A stretch of 64,000 nt of DNA. Source: a bacterium (GTDB lineage Bacteria > Patescibacteriota > Gracilibacteria > UBA1369 > GCA-2718715). Location of the stretch: the NCBI GenBank assembly GCA_018662325.1, contig JABJGM010000007.1, positions 69,305-133,304 of the forward strand, written 5' to 3'. A model generated the notes under the pieces. It saw only the letters and a program-made list of their open reading frames with translations, made no database searches and was not told the DNA's origin. A program made the translations under genes and the position numbers. Within the stretch, counting starts at the first letter, position 1. Each line of letters starts with the position of its first letter. Below are positions 49,788 through 57,679 of the stretch, in pieces.

Positions 49788-50104
49788 AATTACTTTTAAT
49801 AATAATAAATTATTTTGGAATAACTAGTCTAAGCTATTCCTGGAAATCATCGCTGATTACCATAAATCATATAATTGTATCATCTTTGTTGATGACTTAA
49901 TAAAAATATCTAGTGTATTTCTATTATAATATTTGTGATATTTGATTTAACCCCTTTTTAATAGGTTAAATTCAATTTTAATTAATGTAGACAAATAACG
50001 TATAAAGTTTTTTTATTTAATTTTGGCGCTGACCAAAGTAGTTTCTTCTCTAAAATAATAATCTTAACTTTGCATAATTTACTCTTTTATTCATTAAATG
50101 TCAA

Positions 50105-51700
50105 TTAAGATGTCTTAAAATAATCTTTAAGTTCTTTTAGTTTTGTAATATTAAACCTGTAAATTAATCCAAAATACACAGCTATAATAACAGGAATTAT
50201 TAACAGTAAGTTAAAATTTTTCAGATAAACAAAAGAAAATTCATATAAATACTTACATAAAAAACCTAATAATAAACTTAGAGAAGTTATTTTTATGTAA
50301 AAATTCCAAGCAATATTTAATTTATGATTTTTTAGATAGTAATTTAAACCTAAAAATAAAATCAAAGCCTCACAAAACACAGTAACCAAGCTTGCAGCCA
50401 TAAATCCGTATTTTGGAATAAATAAATAATTTAAAACTACATTTAATCCAAGAGCCGTAAAATTAAATTTTAATAAAGTTTTTTGATTATCAGAAGCTAA
50501 TAAATAATAATTAAATACCACGTTTAAAAAGGCAAAAAACAAAGCAAAAAGTATAATTCTAAAAGCAAAGTCAGATCCTTCATAATAAACATAAGAATTT
50601 TGATTCTCTGCAAGTGCAAAATCACTTTTTTCTAGATTTTCACACTCTTTTAACGCTAATTCCTCCTGTTGAAAAATTTGTCTAGCATCATTTACACAAT
50701 GATAACCGCTTAAAAACTGAGTATTACTCAAGCTTGCAGTTAAAGGATAAGCTAAAAAATATCCACACATTAAAATTGGACACACAACTATAAATAAAGA
50801 TTTAAAGCTACCCTTAATAATATTCTGAAACTTTTCTTTGGAATTTTTAAAAGTTTTCCCTAAAAATGGAAGACAAGAATTCATAAAAAACACAGGAATC
50901 AAATTCAAAATTTCCATAATTTTAATTGGAATCGAATACGTAGCAGCTTCAAAATTACCTTTCATAGCCTGAATCATTAAAACATCAATTTTAAAATAAA
51001 ATTTATTTAACATAATAGCTATCCCATAAGGCAAAGCCTTTTTTATTAGGTTTAAACTATATTTTTTTGATACCTTAAAACTAAAAGAAATATACTTTCT
51101 TACATAAATAAAAGTAAAAAATAGTAAAATTAAACTACTTAAAAGATTCAAATCAAGTAAGAAATCAAATTTATTGATTTCATTCCCAGCTATTGAAATT
51201 TTCCATAAATAAATCACACCAAATATATAAACCACTTTAGAAAAAAGCTGAGCTAAAGCTGCTTTATGCATCTTTAATTCAAATTGCAAAACAGAGCTTA
51301 AAGTTCCGCTTAAAAGAGTTATTCCGGTCATTAAAGAAACAATATAAATACCTTTAGCAATCAATGTGTTTTCATAAATACCAATTTTAGGAGTAATAAA
51401 ACTTGCAAATCCTAAAATAAAAACTGTTAAAACAACTCTTAAAAACAACAAGTTGGCAAAAATCTCCTCTTTATCATCTGTGTTTTTAGACATCTCAGAA
51501 ATACAGACTGTATACAATCCAAAGTCAGCTGCAATTGCAAAAAAACCAATATATTCAAATAATGTAACATATTGCCCATAAACATCAGCCGGAAAAATCT
51601 CGGTAAGTAATTTTAAACTAACAACCCCAATCAAAGCCTGAATAAATCGACTTAAAACCTGCCAAAAAGTGTTTGAAAAAACTTTCTTAAAATTACTCAT
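50105..51700 (-). CDS. Wzx-type polysaccharide flippase
   Basis: KVFSNTFWQ, ADFGL, YFKIDVLM, LNYLFIPKYGFMAAS; multi-TM. Confidence 0.88.
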   Translation of the reverse strand: MSNFKKVFSNTFWQVLSRFIQALIGVVSLKLLTEIFPADVYGQYVTLFEYIGFFAIAADFGLYTVCISEMSKNTDDKEEIFANLLFLRVVLTVFILGFASFITPKIGIYENTLIAKGIYIVSLMTGITLLSGTLSSVLQFELKMHKAALAQLFSKVVYIFGVIYLWKISIAGNEINKFDFLLDLNLLSSLILLFFTFIYVRKYISFSFKVSKKYSLNLIKKALPYGIAIMLNKFYFKIDVLMIQAMKGNFEAATYSIPIKIMEILNLIPVFFMNSCLPFLGKTFKNSKEKFQNIIKGSFKSLFIVVCPILMCGYFLAYPLTASLSNTQFLSGYHCVNDARQIFQQEELALKECENLEKSDFALAENQNSYVYYEGSDFAFRIILFALFFAFLNVVFNYYLLASDNQKTLLKFNFTALGLNVVLNYLFIPKYGFMAASLVTVFCEALILFLGLNYYLKNHKLNIAWNFYIKITSLSLLLGFLCKYLYEFSFVYLKNFNLLLIIPVIIAVYFGLIYRFNITKLKELKDYFKTS

Positions 51701-51808
51701 ATCTTTTTTATAAATTTACTATACCAAAAAACAATATTTTCTCAATCTATTTGCCTAAAAACGCCTCTTATGATATAATTAAATATAAATAATTTTAACC
51801 CACCCAAA

Positions 51809-52915
51809 ATGACTTCTAATTCAAAAGGTTCAAAAGAAAAACAAGCATCTAATCAAGAATGTGATACGACTTCAACGAGTCCACAACAATCAACAAGTCC
51901 ACAACAATCAGCAACTCAAACTACAACTGAAAATGCAAGGCAACAAGTTGATCAAATTCTTGAGCAAAGAAAAGAAGGCTTTTCATTTGAAAGTATTGCT
52001 GATTCAATTTTAGGTTCTATTGGAAACCTATGGAAATCACTAGGGATTACTAATTTAATTAAATATATAGCAGGAATTTTTGGCTTTTCCGCTGGATCTG
52101 AAAACCAAGAGCAAGCACCCGAGCCAGCTCCTTCAAGAGAGCATCCTTTACAAACTTGTGACACAGTTCCCCAGGGTGGAAAAATTTTATATGCCCAGCA
52201 ACAAATTAGTGTTTACAAGGAATCAAAATCTTCATATGAATCAGGCGAAATTTATAATTATTTATTCAAAGGACAAACTGCAATTTTAATGCCAAATCAG
52301 CCTGATGCTAAAGGTAATTACAAAATTAAAGCCCTTGGAAGAGGGACAGATACTCAAGCTGTAAAATATTTATATATAAAAAGTGCAGATTTTAATAACT
52401 TAGGAGAAGCAAATCCAGGAGCAAGACAATCTATTGGAACGAATGCCTATTTATCAGGAGATTCAATTTCACAAATTTTCTGTAGGCATACAGCTCATGG
52501 AGAAGGAATGCCAGCTCATAATATGCAATACATTTGTAGAAGTATTTCTGGTCAAGTTGCCGCAGGAAGAATTACCCAGAAACGAATTGCATTTATAATG
52601 GGATACAACAATTTAAGTTCACGAAATCTTGAAACAATTAAGCAGTATTACGTTGAAGCTTTTGGATACTTAAGGAGCCTTAAAGAAAACTACGGAAAAG
52701 AAATCTCGCTTAATCTACTTTACAACTGGACTGGATCTGATGGCAACCTTTATATGACTGAAGAATTAAGAACACAGATTAACGCATTTATAAAAGAAAA
52801 ATGTACTCAATTTGGGTTTAAATGTGTAAGTATGGACAATGCCCACGATCAATCAAAAGGATTGCATGGGGGGTTTAAAAGCCAGCAAGCATTTTTAAAA
52901 CAACTGACTTCATAA
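51809..52915 (+). CDS. Hypothetical protein with C-terminal SGNH/GDSL-like domain
   Basis: LSGDSIS, FIMGYNN, KGLH blocks; low-complexity N-terminus with 2 x STSPQQ. Confidence 0.6.
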   Translation: MTSNSKGSKEKQASNQECDTTSTSPQQSTSPQQSATQTTTENARQQVDQILEQRKEGFSFESIADSILGSIGNLWKSLGITNLIKYIAGIFGFSAGSENQEQAPEPAPSREHPLQTCDTVPQGGKILYAQQQISVYKESKSSYESGEIYNYLFKGQTAILMPNQPDAKGNYKIKALGRGTDTQAVKYLYIKSADFNNLGEANPGARQSIGTNAYLSGDSISQIFCRHTAHGEGMPAHNMQYICRSISGQVAAGRITQKRIAFIMGYNNLSSRNLETIKQYYVEAFGYLRSLKENYGKEISLNLLYNWTGSDGNLYMTEELRTQINAFIKEKCTQFGFKCVSMDNAHDQSKGLHGGFKSQQAFLKQLTS

Positions 52916-52923
52916 ACTTGTTT

Positions 52924-52952
52924 AAAAGCCTAAAAATTGTTAGGCTTTTTTT
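52924..52952 (+). terminator. Intrinsic terminator
   Basis: AAAAGCCTAA-AAATTG-TTAGGCTTTT plus T-run. Confidence 0.75.
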
Positions 52953-52967
52953 AGTATAAAAATAAAA

Positions 52968-54020
52968 ATGAATCTTCAAGAATTACAAAATAAATTTCAA
53001 GATATTTCCAACGCTTTAAACATTGAGTCTATCAAAGAAAAAGAAATAGAAATTGCAAATCAGCTCAAAGACCCCAACAACTGGGAAGATCAAAGCCTTT
53101 TAAATAAGCTAAATATAAGTCTTAAAGCTTATCAAAAGCAACTTTTGAATCTTCAGGGAATTCAAGATGGATTAGATTATATTCAGGCTTTTCATGAAGA
53201 AATATCGGAAAAGGAAATTCAAGATTCACTAGAAGCACTCAATAAAAAAATTAATGATTTAGAAGTAAAAACTTTATTAAATCAAAAGCATGACTCGTTT
53301 TCAGCTATTTTGTCTGTTTATTCAGGAGCAGGAGGAGACGATGCTGAAGATTTCACTCAAATGATTTACAATATGTATCAAAAATATTCTGAAAATCAAG
53401 AATATCAAACTTCGATTCTTGAATGCTCACTCACTGAATCTGGGATTAAACATATTTCAATTAAAATAGAAGGACCATATGCCTATGGAAACCTGAAATC
53501 CGAACACGGAGTTCATAGACTAGTAAGACTGTCGCCTTTTAACTCAGGAAACACTCGTGAAACATCTTTTTGTTTAGTAGATGTAATTCCAATCATTGAA
53601 ACCGATAATTCTATAAAACTAGAGCCTCAAGACCTCAGAATTGATACTTTTAAATCACAAGGACCAGGAGGCCAATCCGTAAACACCACTGATTCAGCAG
53701 TTAGAGTTACACATATTCCAACTAAAATTTCAGCTAGTTGTCAGTCAGAAAGATCACAGCATCAAAATAAAGAAAATGCCCTGAACCTTTTAAAGTCAAA
53801 GCTGACGCATTTACTTGAAATACAAAATAAAAAAGAAATTCAGGATATTCGTGGTGAAAACCTTCAAAACAGCTTTGGTAGTCAAATTAGATCATACACT
53901 CTTCACCCTTATAAACTTGTAAAAGACCACAGAACAAGCCACGAAGATAATAACCCTGAAAATGTCTTAAATGGAAAAATTGATGGATTTATTTACAGTT
54001 ATCTAAAAGAAAACGTATAA
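52968..54020 (+). CDS. prfB: Peptide chain release factor 2
   Basis: HRLVRLSPF (SPF motif), GPGGQSVN, GSQIRSY. Confidence 0.96.
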   Translation: MNLQELQNKFQDISNALNIESIKEKEIEIANQLKDPNNWEDQSLLNKLNISLKAYQKQLLNLQGIQDGLDYIQAFHEEISEKEIQDSLEALNKKINDLEVKTLLNQKHDSFSAILSVYSGAGGDDAEDFTQMIYNMYQKYSENQEYQTSILECSLTESGIKHISIKIEGPYAYGNLKSEHGVHRLVRLSPFNSGNTRETSFCLVDVIPIIETDNSIKLEPQDLRIDTFKSQGPGGQSVNTTDSAVRVTHIPTKISASCQSERSQHQNKENALNLLKSKLTHLLEIQNKKEIQDIRGENLQNSFGSQIRSYTLHPYKLVKDHRTSHEDNNPENVLNGKIDGFIYSYLKENV

Positions 54021-54049
54021 AAAAAAGCCCCAAATTAAAAGGGCTTTTA
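54021..54049. terminator. Bidirectional terminator between convergent genes
   Basis: AAAAGCCC-CAAATTAAAA-GGGCTTTT. Confidence 0.65.
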
Positions 54050-54065
54050 AAAATTTTTTAAATTT

Positions 54066-54287
54066 TTACTCTTCAGTTGATTCAGCAGTATCTTCACCTT
54101 CAGCTTCCATAACTTCTTCAGCTTCCATTTCAGTAGTTTCTTCTACTTCAGTAGTAGCTGCTGGTTCTTGAATTTCAATAGATTCAACTGCATCAGCAGT
54201 ATTTTCTTCCGTTTCAGTAGTAGCTTGTCCACATCCAGCTAAAGCTAGAGACATTAAAGCAACCACAGCAATTAATTTTTTAGTCAT
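54066..54287 (-). CDS. Small acidic lipoprotein
   Basis: Lipobox LAGC after signal peptide; Glu/Thr-rich disordered mature part. Confidence 0.8.
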   Translation of the reverse strand: MTKKLIAVVALMSLALAGCGQATTETEENTADAVESIEIQEPAATTEVEETTEMEAEEVMEAEGEDTAESTEE

Positions 54288-54368
54288 TTTTTATAGTTGT
54301 TATATATTGTTGACTTTTAAAAGAGTCTTATATTAATTAATGACAAAAATTGAAAAAATTTCAACTCT

Positions 54369-54932
54369 TTATTTCGAAACTCTCTCGACATATTCTCCAC
54401 TTTCTGTGTTAACTCTTATCAATTCTCCTTCTTTTAAAAACAATGGAACTTGTAAAACATAACCAGTTTCAAGCGTTGCAGGTTTTGACCCTCCTGATGC
54501 TGTATCTCCTTTTACGCCAGGATCGGTTTGTGTGATTTCTAAATTTACTTTTGGAGGTAATTTTACAGCTATAGGATTATCGTTATAAGTCAAAAGATCT
54601 ACATCCATACCATCTTTAAGAAAGTTTTTTTGAGAGTCGATAGTCTCTAAATTCAGCTCGAATTGCTCATATGTATCCTCTCTCATAAAATAAAAGCCAT
54701 TTGGATCTGAGTAAAGAAATTGACCTCTTGTATGCTTTACATCAGCTTTTTTTAGCTTGTCGTTTCCTTGAAAAGTTTTAGGGATTACAGATCCATTTAA
54801 AAGGTTTTTAATTTTAGTTCGACAAACTCCACCAGCTCTAGCTTGCTTAGAATGAACAGCAGATAAAATTATATAAGGAGTTCCATCTAGTTCAACCGCC
54901 ATGCCAGGTCTTAATTCACCAATTGATAACAT
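54369..54932 (-). CDS. efp: Elongation factor P
   Basis: PGVKGDTASGGSKPATLETG..VPLF..GEYVER. Confidence 0.96.
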   Translation of the reverse strand: MLSIGELRPGMAVELDGTPYIILSAVHSKQARAGGVCRTKIKNLLNGSVIPKTFQGNDKLKKADVKHTRGQFLYSDPNGFYFMREDTYEQFELNLETIDSQKNFLKDGMDVDLLTYNDNPIAVKLPPKVNLEITQTDPGVKGDTASGGSKPATLETGYVLQVPLFLKEGELIRVNTESGEYVERVSK

Positions 54933-54988
54933 ATTTGTGATTTTAATATTACAAAGATATACTTACAAAAAAAATAAAAGAAATCAAT

Positions 54989-56548
54989 ATGCCCATTTTT
55001 AATTCGATTTTTGATTTTCTTACTTTTAGTTTTAAATTTTTAGGGAATTCTAATTGGGCTTTTTTAATACTTTCAATTTTAAGTATTTTTTTAGTTTTAT
55101 ATAATCGAAATAAGGTAAGCTACAAGTTTAATCTTTTTGATACATTGTTTTTTGTCTTTAGTCTTACTTTTTTAACTGCGCTTTATTTTAGACAAGCACC
55201 CTTCGGCTTTGTGGAATATAGCAGTTTATTTGCTGGGTATTTTTTATATAAGTTTTTCCAAACTATTAAATTTAATATTCCTAAGTTTTTTTATTATATA
55301 TTTTATTTAATAAATATTTTTACAGTTTTTCATTTTTGCTCTTCGAGTTTTGATAGACTATATGGTCTTACAAATTTTAACCAAACTTTAACTACCTACC
55401 CTAATCTTTGGGCTTTATTAATGGGAATAATTCTTATTTTAAATTTTCAATCGAAAAGATATTTCTTGATCTTTTCAACCGCAATTGCTTTCTTTCTTAC
55501 CTTATCTAAAACTTCCATTCTTTCGCTTTTTTTGATAGTAATTTTATTATTATTTTATTCTTTTAGAGTTCTTGAGAAGAACAATGTTTGTAAAAATGTT
55601 TTAGCCTTATTTCTTGCCCTGATTATAAGCCTTGGAGTCATTGAGTTAAAAAACACTGAAAACTACACCCTGGATAGAATAACGAATCAATCTCTATCAG
55701 CCCAAAGTTCTTTTAATCAAAGATTTGTTTTTTTTGATCAAAGCCTCCAGATGTTTAAGTCTTTTCCTTTGTTTGGAGTAGGTCCAGGAAATTTTAAGGC
55801 TCTTCAGCCCAAGTACGCTAATGAGTTTTACGTTTTATCTGAACATCCTCATAATCTAGAATTAAAAATTTTAGCTGAAAATGGCATTATTTCTTTTATT
55901 GTAATACTCGCAATTGGAATCATTTATTTATTAATTAATTTTAAAAGTCTAGGTAATCCACATTTTTTAGCGTTTATGTTTGTTATTGGTCAGTCTCAAT
56001 TTGATTTCAACCTTAATTTCACAATATCAGTTCTTATATGCTCTTATCTTTTAGCCAATTCAACAAAGCTTAAATTAAAAAACTTCAAATATTCTAAAAA
56101 AATTTTTAACATTTTGTTACTTCAGTTCATTATAGTTGTTTTAATTTCATCAAACGACCTGGTATCTTCTAAAATTAAAAATAGTGATTTTCTATTTTTA
56201 GAGCCTAAGGATAATCAATTATTAGCAAAAGCCTATCCAAACTATTGGAAGTTTAGTCCGTCAAAATTTTCTGAGTTAAGTCCATATGATAACTTGAATT
56301 TGCACTTTGACTTTGCTCCAAGCCAATCAACTGATTATGATAAGCTGTTGAATCAAGTACTAGATAAAACAAAAGTTAATTTCAATTTTTTAATTCTAGA
56401 TGATGAAATTCCCTACGCTCTAAAGTTAGCCTGCTATTACAATCTTGATCAAATACATGATGATTTAAAGCTTGCATATACCAACGAATTAGGTAAATTA
56501 AACTTAAATCAAGCAAAACAAAATTATGAAAATTCTAATTGCAACTAA
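54989..56548 (+). CDS. O-antigen ligase/polymerase-like membrane protein
   Basis: YPN, LTLSK, PLFGVGPGNF, HPHNLELKILAENG. Confidence 0.85.
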   Translation: MPIFNSIFDFLTFSFKFLGNSNWAFLILSILSIFLVLYNRNKVSYKFNLFDTLFFVFSLTFLTALYFRQAPFGFVEYSSLFAGYFLYKFFQTIKFNIPKFFYYIFYLINIFTVFHFCSSSFDRLYGLTNFNQTLTTYPNLWALLMGIILILNFQSKRYFLIFSTAIAFFLTLSKTSILSLFLIVILLLFYSFRVLEKNNVCKNVLALFLALIISLGVIELKNTENYTLDRITNQSLSAQSSFNQRFVFFDQSLQMFKSFPLFGVGPGNFKALQPKYANEFYVLSEHPHNLELKILAENGIISFIVILAIGIIYLLINFKSLGNPHFLAFMFVIGQSQFDFNLNFTISVLICSYLLANSTKLKLKNFKYSKKIFNILLLQFIIVVLISSNDLVSSKIKNSDFLFLEPKDNQLLAKAYPNYWKFSPSKFSELSPYDNLNLHFDFAPSQSTDYDKLLNQVLDKTKVNFNFLILDDEIPYALKLACYYNLDQIHDDLKLAYTNELGKLNLNQAKQNYENSNCN

Positions 56549-57125
56549 AAACCAAGGTAAATTAAATGAAATTCAAGACTTTCTTAAGTCTTTGGATTCT
56601 ATGGAGTTTCATAATTTATTTGATGTAAAACTAGATTTCGATGTGGAAGAAACAGGTAGAACTTATAAAGACAATGCATTGATTAAAGCAAAATCTTATC
56701 ATACTAATTCTTATAATTTCACTTTAGCTGATGACTCAGGAATTGAAATTCCCATAATTAGCAATCTTTTAGGTGTAAAAACACGGCGCTTTGGAGCTGG
56801 AGAAAATGCATCAGACCAAGAGTGGTTAGATTATTTTTTAGATTTTTTTAAAGACTATAAAGGTTCTGATCGAATAGCTTATTTCAAAACTATAATTTGT
56901 TTATATACAAAAGATAAACCAATCTTTTTTGAGGGTATAGTAAAAGGTAGAATTGCAGATAAACAGCTTTGTGTTATAAAAAAAGGAATACCTCTGAGCT
57001 CTGTTTTTATACCGGAAGGTTTTGAAGTAGCAATGAGTCAGCTGTCTGTAACAGATAAAAACACTATCTCTCACAGATCAAAAGCTCTTAAAAAAGCACT
57101 TGAGTATTTAGAAACAATTATATGA
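56526..57125 (+). CDS. rdgB: Non-canonical purine NTP pyrophosphatase (RdgB/HAM1)
   Basis: ATKNQGKLNE, EETG..NALIKA, ADDSG, KNTISHR. Confidence 0.92.
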   Translation: MKILIATKNQGKLNEIQDFLKSLDSMEFHNLFDVKLDFDVEETGRTYKDNALIKAKSYHTNSYNFTLADDSGIEIPIISNLLGVKTRRFGAGENASDQEWLDYFLDFFKDYKGSDRIAYFKTIICLYTKDKPIFFEGIVKGRIADKQLCVIKKGIPLSSVFIPEGFEVAMSQLSVTDKNTISHRSKALKKALEYLETII

Positions 57126-57679
57126 AATCAGATTTAGTAAAATTTAGAGAGATTTTAGCGCAGCTTCCTTTTGATAAATATTGGCAGATCGGCGTGGATA
57201 CAGGATGTCTATTAAAGTCGACTATAATCAAAAATAAATATTGCAGGGCTTTAGAGGTGGGTACATCATGTGGATATTCTGCTTTGTGGTTAATTGAAGG
57301 CTTATCAGCTCAGGAAAAAGCTTCTTTGGACTGTATTGAGTCTCATAAAGAAAGAAATACTCTAGCAAAAAACAATATAGCACTTGTATGTCCTCCCAAC
57401 GTGGAGTGTAATGTACACCTAGCACATGCACCAGGATGCTTTGAAAGCTTTGATCGTCCTAATTACGACTTTGTATTCGTTGATGCAACCAAGAGTCAAT
57501 CTGTGGCAATTTTTGAAGCTCTTTACCCTTGTTTGAATAAAGGCGGAACTATTTTTATAGATAATGTTTTAAGTCACATAGAAAAAATGCAACCTTTTAT
57601 AGATTATCTAATGAAAAATAAGATTTCTTATAAACTTCATAAAATAGATGCAGGATTGATTGAAGTTAAAAAAGATTAG
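57122..57679 (+). CDS. O-methyltransferase
   Basis: LEVGTSCGYS, FVFVDA, IDNV. Confidence 0.88.
   Translation: MKSDLVKFREILAQLPFDKYWQIGVDTGCLLKSTIIKNKYCRALEVGTSCGYSALWLIEGLSAQEKASLDCIESHKERNTLAKNNIALVCPPNVECNVHLAHAPGCFESFDRPNYDFVFVDATKSQSVAIFEALYPCLNKGGTIFIDNVLSHIEKMQPFIDYLMKNKISYKLHKIDAGLIEVKKD

Noticed and set aside
53010-53024. CTTTAA near the prfB start as a frameshift site
   Set aside because: It is not in the initiating frame, a +1 shift would not enter the RF2 frame, and the ORF is already continuous
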